A DNA stretch of 64,000 bases from Eledone cirrhosa (GCA_964016885.1 OZ024753.1:15686001-15750000); one strand, 5' to 3'; shown: positions 1 to 13,602, counted from the first letter of the stretch. Numbers and translations: made by a program. The notes: a model not told the origin generated them from the letters alone.

Positions 1-279
1 ACAACATCCAGGCTGAAACAAATGAGATCGTGTAGGTGTCACGACAAAAAAACACACAGTCCACGCTGTAATGTGGCCGTGTAGGCAACACGGTAAAAAC
101 CTCCCAGCCCCACACTGTAAATGTGGTTGGTGTTAGGAAGAGCATCCAGCTGTAGAAAACCCGCCAGACAGTCCTATGCGAGCAAGACAACCACTCTTGC
201 CTCAAGTGGGAAACCTCCCGTCCAAACCCATGCAAGCGTGGAACATGGACGTTAAACGATGATGATGATGATGATGATG
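1..279 (+). mobile_element. 3' UTR and (GAT)n tail of an RTE-clade LINE (5' part lies outside the window or is truncated)
   Basis: Near-identical to 46215-46486, the 3' UTR of the RTE LINE at 43485-46486; ends ggacgttaaac(gat)n. Confidence 0.85.
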
Positions 280-476
280 ATATGCAGAGGTTCCTATCCA
301 GAAAGCTCCAACCGCTAGGGTTGTCTTTTTTCAGGGTAAGTCAATATTTATTTATAAAACTAATCTGTATTGTATTTTATCTGATGAAAGCACACCATAA
401 TTTGCCTTGGTGGCCCTTGAAATATGTATAATAAAATAAATATGGTTTTATAAATATAGTTTCCATTTGTTAATAT

Positions 477-710
<234 letters not shown>

Positions 711-799
711 TCTTGATATATATATGTATATATATGTGTAATGTGTCAGTGCATGTATGTGCATGTGTGTGTGTCCATATTTATGTTTATGTTTGTGTC

Positions 800-1340
800 A
801 CCAATACCAGCACCATCATCATCACCACCAACATCACCATCATCTTCCCCATCATCACCACCAGCACCATCACCACCACCACTAGCACCAACACCATCAT
901 CACCAACATCACCTTCATCATCTTCCCCATCACCACCACCATCACCATCAACCACCATCACCACCATCACCACCAACATCACCATCTTCCCCACCACCAC
1001 CACCGCCATCATCACCATCATCACCAACATCACCTTCATCATCTTCCCCATCACCACCACCATCACCATCATCACCCACCACCACCACCATCACCACCAT
1101 CACCACCAACATCACCATCGTCTTCCCCACCACCACCACCGCCATCATCACCATCATCACCACCATCACCATCATCACCCACCACCACCATCTTTCCCCA
1201 CCACCACCACCGCTATCATCACCAACATCACCTTCATCATCTTCCCCACCACCACCACCATCACCATCATCACCCACTACCACCACCATCACCACCATCA
1301 CCATCAACCACCACCACCATCATCACTTTCATCATCATTT
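800..1340. repeat. Degenerate (CAC/CAT)n trinucleotide array with higher-order units
   Basis: Directly visible; gives the poly-His/Pro/Thr pseudo-ORFs. Confidence 0.95.
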
Positions 1341-1586
1341 AACATCTATTTACATTCTAACATAGACTGGATGGTATCTGTTTCATTTGCTAATATAGAA
1401 ATGATATATTGTTAAATGGTTCGTTTAAGGTGGTTAATTAATTGTGTTAATGTGGGTGTTAGTAGCTGAGTAATTATATTTTTCTGCTGGTCATGGTTTG
1501 TTAAGTTTGTTGTATTCGTTTACCTTTATCTTGATGTTGCATGAGAAGGAATTTCATATATATTATATCATATATATATGCCGATC

Positions 1587-1989
1587 TTACCCAATTACAC
1601 CTCTCAAAGACAATGACACACGACCATGACTTCTAGTGTCACGCAGTAATACAGAGTACCCGACCTCCCATGGGTACAAGCTGAAGCATATAGACAATAT
1701 GCCCCCACACCCCCCACCGCAAGGTGGTCGTGGAGGTGCCACGGCAAAAAAAGAACCCAGCCCACACTGTAAAGTGGACGTGTAGGCGCCACGAAAAAGC
1801 ACCCAGCACTCACTGTAAATGAGGTTGGTGTTAGGAAGGGCATCCAGCTGTAGAAATCAAGCCAGATCAGTTCCTGTATGAGCAAGGCATGGTCAGCCGA
1901 CCAGACACTGCCCACAACGGGAACCCGTCTAACCCATGCTAGCGTGGAAGAACGGACGTAAAACAGTGATGATGATGATGATGATGATG

Positions 1990-1990
<1 letters not shown>
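1587..1990 (+). mobile_element. 3' end of an RTE LINE (ORF end, 3' UTR, (GAT)n tail)
   Basis: ttacacctctcaaagacaatg matches the ORF end at about 46050; UTR gttaggaagggcatccagctgtaga; tail ggacgtaaaac..(gat)n. Confidence 0.75.
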
Positions 1991-2037
<47 letters not shown>

Positions 2038-2286
2038 CACAGAAAAAAAGAGAATCAGTGTTGCGACGAATGGAATGCATTGGACATATTACAATCGTTT
2101 CTCTGGCGACCAGCTCGAGGCACGATCGATGTGATGATCGAACCTGACTCTGAAAATCGCAAGGTCCTCAGATACGTCTTGATTCTACGAAGCAGGTTTT
2201 CTGTGATATCATACTCTGCTCTACGAGAGCATCGAGTGCTCATACGGCCTACCGCATGCGGACGCTTTAAGCATCCAACACCAATT
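2038..2286 (+). mobile_element. Short Penelope/retrozyme-like element, paralog of 20086-20411 with most of the right arm lost
   Basis: High identity to 20086-20200 and to tail 20325-20411; bulged hairpin 2213-2237; flanked by TA/TG microsatellite. Confidence 0.65.
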
Positions 2287-2619
2287 ATATATATATATAC
2301 GCACAAACACACTCACATACACACATTATAGCATGGAAGAACGGACGTAAAACGGTGATGATGATGATGATGATGATGAAATAAAGTATGTAGTATTGAA
2401 GTTACAGTTGCAGCATATATATAAACTGTATTAGCATATTACAATCACTTCAATATCGATCAGCTACAATCATAATAACCAAGGCCTGACTCTTCCTCAA
2501 AATACCCTCAGATATGGAAGTTTATGTAGTTGCATAACTAATTACCACACATACATATGTGTGTACATATATACTCTTTTACTCTTTTACCTGTTTCAGC
2601 CATCCGGCTATATATAAAA

Positions 2620-2803
2620 TAATAATAATTGTTTCTACTTTTGGCACAAGGCCAGCAATCATCTCAGCGTATTACTGGTAGTTTATTTTATCGACCCTGT
2701 AAGGATGAAACCTTGGTGGGATTTGAATTCAGAACATAAAGAGCCATAACTATGCTGGAAAGCATGGCGTCCGACCCTCTACCGATACTGCCAATTCACC
2801 ACC
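2620..2803 (-). mobile_element. tRNA-derived SINE, family B (Meta-like central domain, (ATT)n tail)
   Basis: Reverse complement of the consensus ggtggattggcagtatcggtagag...gagttcaaatccc...gataaaataaagtaccagtaa...gccttgtgccaaaagtagaaacaatt, repeated about 20 times in the window. Confidence 0.85.
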
Positions 2804-2806
2804 CTA

Positions 2807-3941
2807 TCTATATATATAAAACTGATGTTGTCTGTGTGTGTGTGTGTATCCTCAGTTTTGCAAAGTCTATACAAATCCACATTTCTACTCCGATTGACTT
2901 TCAAACTTGCATTTATATATTCCTTGTGGTCTAAAGATATTAACTGCAGCTTTTATTTTTCAATTTTCTGTTGTTAAAGGGGTGTTAGGCGCCGGTTATC
3001 CATCTCCGTCGTGCTCTTATAATATCTGTCTGTATGCCTGGCTGTCTGCATTACGACATTCTGACGTACATTGATGACGTATTATGTTCGCTATTATCCG
3101 TTCATTGCCAGGGAACGTCTTCTGCCTGTATGCCTGACTGTCTGCATTAGGACATTCTGACGAACATTGATGACGTATTATGTTCGCTATTATCCATTCA
3201 TTGCCAGGGAACGTCTTCTGCCTGTATTCTTGACTGTCTGCATTAGGACATTCTGACGAACATTGATGACATATTATGTTCGCTATTATCCGTTCATTGC
3301 CAGGGAACTTCTTCACGAACCAAAGTATCGTATTCCTGTTTTCCTTCGGTTGCAACGTTTTTCAAAATATTTACTTCTGCATTCACAGATTGATATTTTT
3401 AGTTTCAGAAGATCCCGTTAAGAGTGAAAGCAACAATTCTTTGCTTAAACTTTAATCTGTTATTTTAATCTATATATATAAAACTGAGGAAGGATGTATG
3501 TATGTGTGTCCGTGTGTGTGAAACCCGAGAAGTACCCAACCAATCGTTGCTTTCACCCTTAACGGGATTTGTCAGTCTCTTCTTCATACCGTGAGCAAAG
3601 AAAATCCAACTTTTTTATGGCCTATGGCCTGCATTAGGTGAAAAACTTCATTTTTTCAACTTTTTAGGGCTTTTTTGAGGCGTTACGTCTAGTCGATTTT
3701 CCCGAAATTTCAAGGCATATTATGCACACAAAAGAAATTCATTTTCTTGATCCCCTAAGGCCCGCATTAGGTGAAAACATGCATTTTTCCTGCTTCATCG
3801 AGAAAAATCTTAAAGATTATCCAGCCATCAGAGTATTCGGTTTATTTTCTTTACATATTGTCCAGGCATGCTGTTTTTCCACGATTAGGTCTGTTGGCGG
3901 CCCGCTTTCCAAAATACCTTATCCCGTGCAACCAGTGCTAG
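2807..3941 (+). mobile_element. Non-autonomous Helitron-like element (possibly two nested or adjacent 5' ends)
   Basis: 5' TCTATATATATAAAACTGA at 2807 and again at 3469; 3' end ...gtgCTAG|T at 3941; internal 3x96-bp repeat; related fragments at 5580-5660 and 29004-29050. Confidence 0.55.
3035..3312. repeat. 96-bp tandem repeat, about 3 copies
   Basis: Units start at 3035, 3131 and 3227; the minus frame repeats the 32-aa unit KTFPGNERIIANIIRHQCSSECPNADSQAYRQ. Confidence 0.9.
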
Positions 3942-3949
3942 TATATAAT

Positions 3950-4143
3950 AATAATAATTGTTTCTACGTTAGGCACAAGGCCAGCAATTACCCAGTGTAT
4001 TACTGGTACTTTATTTTATCGACCCCGTAAGGACGAAAGGCAAAGTTAACCTTGGCGGGATTTGAACTCAGAATGGCAAGGGCCGTAACTCTATGCACCA
4101 AAGCATGGCATCCGACACTCTACCAATACTGCCAATCCACCGC
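3950..4143 (-). mobile_element. SINE family B
   Basis: Full-length reverse-complement match to the family consensus, with A-box and B-box-like motifs. Confidence 0.9.
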
Positions 4144-4797
4144 TATAATAATAATAATAATACAAGCATGAATGGTTAAGCCTTCATTACATTTATTGGT
4201 TGGTGGTGCACATTTTGCTATTGATCAGCTCAAAGTTTGATCTGTGTCGATCTGGCCCGATTCTGTAATCAAAAGCTCGTCAGACCTCTGTTGTATTAAT
4301 GACAGATATATTTATGATAAGGTTATATTTGCATATATACAGTATATGTATTCTGCTGAGGTGTAGCTTTACCTTTCATCCTTATTATGGGGTCAATAAA
4401 TAAAACATCAGTTATGTACTGGGGTCGATTTAATTGACTTTCCCTTTCCCATCACATTGCTGACCTTTGCAGTTCTTTGTGATCAAGTGACGGTCACCTG
4501 ACCTGAACCTTCACAAAGGGATAACCTGTCCTACCCTCGAGGATGATGGACGTTAAATGATGATGATGATATATTTGATATAGTTATATTATCTTTATTC
4601 ATTGATTTAAGTAATCCATTCAGAGTGAAGGGAAGTTTTAAACAGTAACTAATACACAACAAGATGATTTATGTCTTGAATAAGTCAGATTCAGATTCAG
4701 ATTCTGCGCCAAATTGTAAAAAAAGCTATTGTTGTTTTGTATATAAGCATGTATATTAGATCTGAGAGAGAGAGAGTATGTTTAGACATGTCCACAT

Positions 4798-4839
<42 letters not shown>

Positions 4840-4929
4840 GTTAATCCCAGGTTCAATCAGGGAGGGGTAACCACAGTAAGTAAGGTACTCAATACATAGG
4901 ACAGTATAAGCCATTTCTATGTTAAATAT

Positions 4930-4982
<53 letters not shown>

Positions 4983-4989
<7 letters not shown>

Positions 4990-5470
4990 GACGTTTAAAA
5001 TTAACTTACTTACTAAAATTTTCACTCCAACTAATTAGTTTCTGTAAGGGAACAAATATAGTTACGTAACGTAACTATAGAGAATTCCTTACGTCATCGG
5101 GGAGTCTATTCTCAGTGATTGATTCTTTAGAATCTGCCACTGACCAAATAGGCAGTGAATTTTTTCAGTGCTCTGGAATTTAGTCCCCGCTAGCTTTATT
5201 CCATCCACAGAATTATTATTTTTATATGGGTTCCTAGTGCCCGCGCATTACCTGGGAACTTAGCTGAGAATAGACTCCCTGATGACGTAAGGAATTCTCT
5301 ATAGTTACGTTATGTAACTATATTTGTTCCCTTACAGAAACTAATTAGTTGGAGTGAAAATTTTAGTAAGTTAATTTTTAATTTTTTAAATTTTCTTATT
5401 TTACGTCTTTCATATAATTGTTCTGCATCCCCATGCATAGAACCACAAAGGTACTAAGACATAACATATA
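4983..5470 (+). mobile_element. Fold-back Penelope/retrozyme-like element with hammerhead
   Basis: Inverted arms about 4983-5115 and 5264-5415; 3' tail with bulged hairpin 5420-5443; (TA)n flanks. Confidence 0.75.
5274..5355 (+). ncRNA. Type I hammerhead ribozyme motif
   Basis: Stem I ACTCC/GGAGT; core CTGATGA 5279-5285; stem II GTAAGG/CCTTAC with inserted hairpin; GAAA 5337-5340; palindromic stem III ACTAATTAGT; cleavage triplet GUU. Confidence 0.75.
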
Positions 5471-5525
5471 TATTTGCTAGCATGGGTATACATCTGTATA
5501 CATATGTTGGTAGATATACTAATTC

Positions 5526-5587
<62 letters not shown>

Positions 5588-5919
5588 TAAAGTTTAAGCA
5601 ACGAATCGCTGCTTTCACCTTTAACGAGATCTTCTGAAACTAACAAAGTCAATCTGTCAATATTATTATTATTATTATTACTATATATATATATATTATT
5701 ATTATTATTACTATATATATATATTTATATATATTGGTGCCACCTGCCCTGTTGCAGCTACAACCAACTTTGATTTATACCTAATGTAACATTAGCATCA
5801 TCATCATTTAACGTCTATCTTCCAAGCTGGCATGAGCTAGATGGGTTTGTCCCATTTAGAGGCAAGTTGGGCCATGTCTCGCTGGTTTTCTATGGCTGGA
5901 TACCCTTCCTGGTGCCAAC

Positions 5920-5962
<43 letters not shown>

Positions 5963-5984
5963 CATGATGATATATATATATCTT

Positions 5985-6385
5985 CATCATCACCGTTTTA
6001 TGTCCATTCTTCCATGCCAGCATGGGTTAGACAGGTTGTCCTGTTGTGGGCAGTGCCAGGTCGGGTGACCATGTCTTGCTCATACGGGAACTGATTTTGG
6101 TTTGATTCCTACAACTGGATGCCCTTCCTAACACCAACTTCATTTACAGTGAGTACTGGGTGCTTTTTTTTATCATGACACTTCCACGACCACTTTGCAG
6201 TGGGGGGACATACTGTCTCTATGCTTCAGCTTCGGCCTGAACCCGTGGGAAGTCAGGTCTTCCGTATTATTTCGTAACGCCAGAGGTCTCGGTCCTGTGT
6301 TATCACCTTTGATAGGTGCAACTGGGCAACGTCAGTTTTTATCACCTCATCCCAGGTCTTCTTGGGTCTCTCATATAGCCAACTA
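5985..6385 (-). mobile_element. 3' end of an RTE LINE (degenerate)
   Basis: Reverse-complement similarity to 1587-1990; (CAT)n tail at the left. Confidence 0.7.
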
Positions 6386-6502
6386 ACAGAGAAAAAAGGA
6401 CAAATACGGACAGAGATATGAACTTTCCTTTCAAATTATGTATGTAAAAATTAATAATTTTTCTTCCATTTTCTTATTATCATTATTTGTATAAATATTA
6501 GG

Positions 6503-6695
6503 GCTCTGGATTGGCAGTATCGGTAGATGGTCGGCCGCCATGCTTTGCAGCATAGTGTTACGGCCCTTTATGGTCTGAGTTCAAATCCCACCGAGGTTAA
6601 CTTTGCTTTTCATCCTGACAGGGTCGATAAAATAAAGTACCAGTAATACACTGGGATAATTGCTGGCCTTGTGCCAAAAGTAAAAACAATAATTT
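6503..6695 (+). mobile_element. SINE family B
   Basis: Consensus match. Confidence 0.85.
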
Positions 6696-6938
6696 GTATA
6701 AATATGGAACTTAACCATATTCTGCATATCCGCAGTTGACAATGCATATAACACTGAAACTGGTACCTTTATTAGATGCGGAAATATCCTCTTTAGAAAT
6801 AAATAAATGTTTTGATATTTCACTGAAAGAATCTCTTCAGGATTTTTTACTGAAAAAATCTTTTTCCTTTCTACTATTTGTTTTTATATATATCAACTCG
6901 TGTGTTACTTTTCTACATTCGATATATATATATACATA

Positions 6939-7275
6939 TAGGAACAAGTAGGACCCCGACGGCTGAGCTCAAGCCGTTTCGACAGCTAATTCTGGACTAA
7001 ATGAAAATTTTTAGCCTGGTAAATGAATAGCCGAACTTCTCAGGGGTAATTCCATATATGGTAAAAGTGATAGAATCATGTGTCTTAACAACAAACTTTT
7101 GACCAATCCTTGTGACAATCACTTTTACCATATATGGAATTACCCCCTGAGAAGTTCGGCTATTCATTTACCAGGCTAAAAATGTTCATTTAGTCCAGAA
7201 TTAGCCGTCAAAACGGCTTGAGCTCAGCCATCGGGGTCATACTTGTTCCTATTACCCACTCTACTACCCTAACGG
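6939..7275 (+). mobile_element. Fold-back element with a degenerate hammerhead in both arms
   Basis: Arms 6939-7071 and 7118-7251; ACCCC-CTGAGAA...(G/A)AAACGGCTTGAGCTCAGCCGTC-GGGGT; tail actctactaccc cut by an RTE tail fragment; related copies at 29742-29941 and 53880-53937. Confidence 0.7.
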
Positions 7276-7361
7276 TCACTTGACCAATCTTGCCTCAAGT
7301 GGGACAACTCCCGTCTAACCCATGCTAGCGTGGAAGATAGATGTTAAACGATGAGGAGGAG

Positions 7362-7436
<75 letters not shown>

Positions 7437-7548
7437 ACACTACACTGTAAGTAGAGAATATCTTAGAATATTTCTTTCACATACATTTGTCTACCATGAA
7501 TTACAACTAAAACAGAAATTTAGAACGTTTTTGACAGATCTTAGGGAA

Positions 7549-7980
7549 TGTGTGTCTGTGTGAATCTGTGTGTGAGTCTGTGTGTCTGTGTCTCTATGTG
7601 TGAGTCTCTGTGTGTGTGTGTGTGTGTCTCTATGTGTAAGTCTGTGTGTGTGTATGTCTGTGTGAGTCTGTGTGTGTGTATGTCTGTGTGAGTCTGTGTG
7701 TGTGTATGTCTGTGTGTATGTATATGTGTGTGTGAGGCTGAGTGTATCTGTGTGTCTGTGTGAGTCTGTGTGTGTGTATGTCTGTGTCTCTATGTGTGAG
7801 TCTGTCTGTGTGTATGCCTATGTGAGTCTGTGTGCGTCTGTGTGTATATGTGTGAGTATGTGTGTGTGAGTGTGTGTGTATGTATGTGAGTCTGTCTGTG
7901 TGTCTGTCTGTGCGTGTGTCTGTCTGTGTGTGTGTGTGTGAATCTGTGTCTGTGTGTGTATATGTGTGTGTGTGTGTGAC
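7549..7980. repeat. Degenerate (TG)n microsatellite tract, preceded by (GA)n at 7365-7432
   Basis: Directly visible. Confidence 0.95.
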
Positions 7981-8171
7981 AAAGACAAAGAAAGCCTTAC
8001 AGTTGTTATAATATAGATTACAAGAAAGAATTTATAAATAATGTAGATTCTATTAAAGTATATGGAATATAAGAGAAGATGTGGAAAATACTTTTATTTC
8101 ATGGAAGAGTTGAAAGAAACAGAGAATTGTTTGAGGTAATTTGAAATATAGTTGGTGAAAAGAAAGAGGAA

Positions 8172-11100
8172 GAATGAGATAAAAGACAGTATCACACACA
8201 TACTATACATGACCATTACCAAGAATGAGATAAAAGACAGTATCACACACATACTATACATGACCATCAGCAAGGATGAGATAAAATACAGTATCACACA
8301 CATACTATACATGACCATCAGCAAGGATGAGATAAAATACAGTATCACACACATACTATACATGACCATCACCAAGAATGAGATAAAATACAGTATCACA
8401 CACATACTACACATGACCATCACCAAGGATGAGATAAAAGACAGTATCACACACATACTATACATGACCATTACCAAGGATGAGATAAAAGACAGTATCA
8501 CACTCATACTATACATGACCATCACCAAGAATGAGATAAAAGACAGTATCACATACATACTATACATGACCATTACCAAGGATGAGATAAAAGACAGTAT
8601 CACACACATACTATACATGACCATCAGCAAGGATGAGATAAAAGACAGTATCACACACATACTATACATGACCATCACCTAGGATGAGATAAAAGACAGT
8701 ATCACACACATACTATACATGACCATCACCAAGAATGAGATAAAAGACAGTATCACATACATACTATACATGGCCATTACCAAGGATGAGATAAAAGACA
8801 GTATCACACAAATACTATACATGACCATCACCTAGGATGAGATAAAAGACAGTATCACACACATACTATACATGACCATCACCAAGAATGAGATAAAAGA
8901 CAGTATCACATACATACTATACATGACCATTACCAAGGATGAGATAAAAGACAGTATCACACACATACTATACATGACCATTACCTAGGATGAGATAAAA
9001 TACAGTATCACACACATACTATACATGACCATCACCTAGGATGAGATAAAAGACAGTATCACACACATACTATACATGACCATCAGCAAGGATGAGATAA
9101 AAGACAGTATCACACACATACTATACATGACCATCACCTAGGATGAGATAAAAGACAGTGTCACATACATACTATACATGACCATCACCTAGGATGAGAT
9201 AAAAGACAGTATCACACACATACTATACATGACCATCACCTAGGATGAGATAAAAGACAGTATCACACACATACTATACATGACCATCACCTAGGATGAG
9301 ATAAAATACAGTATCACACACATACTATACATGACCATCACCTAGGATGAGATAAAAGACAGTATCACACTCATACTATACATGACCATCACCTAGGATG
9401 AGATAAAAGACAGTATCACACACATACTATACATGACCATCACCTAGGATGAGATAAAAGACAGTATCACACACATACTATACATGACCATCACCTAGGA
9501 TGAGATAAAAGACAGTATCACACACATACTATACATGACCATCACCTAGGATGAGATAAAAGACAGTATCACACACATACTATACATGACCATCACCTAG
9601 GATGAGATAAAAGACAGTATCACACACATACTATACATGACCATCACCTAGGATGAGATAAAAGACAGTATCACACACATACTATACATGACCATCAGCA
9701 AGGATGAGATAAAATACAGTATCACACACATACTATACATGACCATCAGCAAGGATGAGATAAAAGACAGTATCACACACATACTATACATGACCATCAC
9801 CAAGAATGAGATAAAATACAGTATCAGACACATACTATACATGACCATCACCAAGGATGAGATAAAATACAGTATCACACACATACTATACATGACCATC
9901 ACCAAGAATGAGATAAAAGACAGTATCACACACATACTATACATGACCATCACCTAGGATGAGATAAAAGACAGTATCACACACATACTATACATGACCA
10001 TCACCTAGGATGAGATAAAAGACAGTATCACACACAAACTATACATGACCATCACCTAGGATGAGATAAAAGACAGTATCACGCACATACTATACATGAC
10101 CATTACCAAGGATGAGATAAAAGACAGTATCACACTCATACTATACATGACCATCACCAAGAATGAGATAAAAGACAGTATCACATACATACTATACATG
10201 ACCATTACCAAGGATGAGATAAAAGACAGTATCACACACATACTATACATGACCATCACCTAGGATGAGATAAAAGACAGTATCACACACATACTATACA
10301 TGACCATCAGCAAGGATGAGATAAAAGACAGTATCACACACATACTATACATGACCATCAGCAAGGATGAGATAAAAGACAGTATTACACACATACTATA
10401 CATGACCATCACCTAGGATGAGATAAAAGACAGTATCACACACATACTATACATGACCATCACCAAGAATGAGATAAAAGACAGTATCACACACATACTA
10501 TACATGACCATTACCTAGGATGAGATAAAAGACAGTATCACACACATACTATACATGACCATCACCTAGGATGAGATAAAAGACAGTATCATACACATAC
10601 TATACATGACCATCACCTAGGATGAGATAAAAGACAGTATCACACACATACTATACATGACCATTACCTAGGATGAGATAAAATACAGTATCACACACAT
10701 ACTATACATGACCATCACCTAGGATGAGATAAAAGACAGTATCACACACATACTATACATGACCATCACCTAGGATGAGATAAAAGACAGTATCACACAC
10801 ATACTATACATGACCATCACCTAGGATGAGATAAAAGACAGTATCACACACATACTATACATGACCATCACCTAGGATGAGATAAAAGACAGTATCACAC
10901 ACATACTATACATGACCATCACCTAGGATGAGATAAAAGACAGTATCACACACATACTATACATGACCATCACCTAGGATGAGATAAAAGACAGTATCAC
11001 ACACATACTATACATGACCATCACCTAGGATGAGATAAAAGACAGTATCACACACATACTATACATGACCATCACCTAGGATGAGATAAAAGACAGTATC

Positions 11101-11687
11101 ACACACATACTATACATGACCATTACCAAGGATGAGATAAAAGACAGTATCACACACATACTATAAATGACCATCACCTAGGATCAGATAAAAGACAGTA
11201 TCACACACATACTATACATGACCATCACCTAGGATGAGATAAAAGACAGTATCACACACATACTATACATGACCATCACCTAGGATGAGATAAAAGACAG
11301 TATCACACACATACTATACATGACCATCACCTAGGATGAGATAAAATACAGTATCACACACATACTATACATGACCATTACCTAGGATGAGATAAAAAAC
11401 AGTATCACACACATACTATACATGACCATTACCTAGGATGAGATAAAAGACAGTATCACACACATACTATACATGACCATCACCTAGGATGAGATAAAAT
11501 ACAGTATCACACACATACTATACATGACCATCACCTAGGATGAGATAAAAGACAGTATCACACACATACTATACATGACCATCACCTAGGATGAGATAAA
11601 ATACAGTATCACACACATACTATACATGACCATCACCTAGGATGAGATAAAAGACAGTATCACACACATACTATACATGACCATCAC
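8172..11687. repeat. 51-bp minisatellite, about 69 copies
   Basis: Unit ggatgagataaaagacagtatcacacacatactatacatgaccatcaccta with point variants; no unique spacers. Confidence 0.97.
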
Positions 11688-11866
11688 AGAGATGACAAAG
11701 GACCGTGACAAGTGGAGAGATGGGCAGAGGTGGTGAGAGCAGACCTCAGACCACTGAAGCCCACGGAGGAGATGACGAAGGACCGTGACAAGTGGAGAGA
11801 TGCTGTGCTGAATAGGACCCGTCCCACCCTTGCAAGCAGTGAAAAGGGGACGTAAAATGATGATCA
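11688..11866 (+). mobile_element. 3' end of an RTE LINE (same family as 49220-49503) with a short internal duplication
   Basis: gagatgacgaaggaccgtgacaagtggagagatgctgtgctgaataggacccgtcccacccttgcaagc...ggacgtaaaatgatgat. Confidence 0.8.
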
Positions 11867-12932
11867 TTCTTTACCTCTTCCTTCACCTAAACAAACAATA
11901 AAACACAAAATATATACACTTTTAAACATATTTTATCGTTTTATTTTCAACTGTTTCAATTCTACATTTGAAAAGAGGGTTATAGCCCTGAAATATCATA
12001 TTGAAATATACTGGGTATAAACATTACTGTGTTTTGTTTTATTTGTCATCCTTTGCCCTTCGTATTTTTCTAATGCATTTTAGCGGCTTTTTGAAACTTA
12101 TTGATCTCATGTTTAATCTTGTTTATTGTATTTAATTATATTCTAGTTTCTCCCACTCAGCTCCCTACAGCTTACCCTTCTTCCCTTGCTCTGAATTACC
12201 CCCCCCCCCCCCAAAAAAAAAAATACACAACCATTATATACATATATTTCATCCTGCCAAATCAATGGGTGGCAGTAGTCCTCTGATTGTATTCAGCAAC
12301 TGAAACAAATATGAAGTACACCAAATACAATGCTCCTAGGGGTGGCTCAGGTTCTTATATGTGAGTGTGAACTCGGCCAGATTAGATTATATACATAGTT
12401 TCAAGTTGACCCAAGCCTTGTGAATTTGGATAGACCGAAATGACTAAGAAGCCCATTAGATTGACAATACCTGTAATATTCAAAGGGTTAGCACTGTGCC
12501 ATACTGAATATTCCTGAGAATTACATTAAGAGTCTGTGGAATAGTCAACCATTTCCACATTGATTTCATGAGGAAGCTATTCTGTTGACCGAAAAACTGA
12601 AACATTTATTAGCAATACTGTTAGAAATACTTTCCAAAATCCTGTATTAATGGATTCAACTTTAAATTCATTCACTGCAACATAGTTTTTGTTGGTATAA
12701 GTATGCAAACAAGTCTTTTGTACCTTATTAATAAAACTTGGCATAGTTTATATAAATGATTTAGAATTTTCTCCCAAAAATCAAACAACAGATAAGACCA
12801 AATAATCTTCGCATTTACATCAGAATATTTCTTTTTGTTCTTTGGTTTTGGTTTTGATGAATTAGATAAAATTTTGGTTTCATTTCAATTGATGTTTGAA
12901 AACAAAGCTTATATAAATGAATGTATTTTTTG

Positions 12933-13385
12933 AGAGAGCGAGATAGGGGGGGATATGGGGAGATATGGGGAGGGAGGGAGGGAGAGAGGGAGGGAGACAG
13001 GGGTAGAGACAGGGAGGGAGATAGGGGTAGAGTCAGGGAGGGAGATAGGTGAGAGAGAGGGAGGGCGATAGTGAGAGAGAGGGAGGGCGATAGTGAGAGA
13101 GAGGGAGGGCGATAGTGAGAGAGGGGGAGGGAGATAGGTGAGAGAGGGGGGAGATAGGGAGAGAGAGAGGGAGATAGGATAAGAGAGAGGGAGGTAGATA
13201 GGGAGAGAGAGGGGGAGGGAGATATGGAGAGAGAGAGAGGGGGAGGGTGATATGGAGAGAGAGAGAGGGAGTTAGAGAGAGGGAGTGAGGGAGAGGGAGA
13301 GATGGAGAGAGAGGGAGAGAGGGAGAGAGAAGGAAAGAGGGAGAGAGGAGAGGGAGAAAGGGAGGGTGATAGGGGGGGGGGAGGT
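12933..13385. repeat. Purine-rich (GA/GGGA) low-complexity tract
   Basis: Directly visible. Confidence 0.9.
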
Positions 13386-13567
13386 AAATGTGTTAGACAT
13401 TAAAAGAAAATGAAATGATAGATGTATTCAATATAAATATATATATATGTGTGTGTGTGTGTAAATATGTATAAGTATATATATATATATGTGTGTGTGT
13501 GTGTGCATGCATGTATACATATGTTAGTATGTGTGTATGTATTGTATGGATGTATGATGTATATGTA

Positions 13568-13602
<35 letters not shown>

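Noticed and set aside
713-1415. His/Pro/Thr-rich ORFs
   Set aside because: Translations of a (CAC/CAT)n microsatellite, open on both strands, with no splice or start context.
8094-11687. Repeat-protein ORFs or a CRISPR-like array in the 51-bp repeat
   Set aside because: Head-to-tail units with no unique spacers, in-frame TAG in most units, no cas genes, eukaryotic context.
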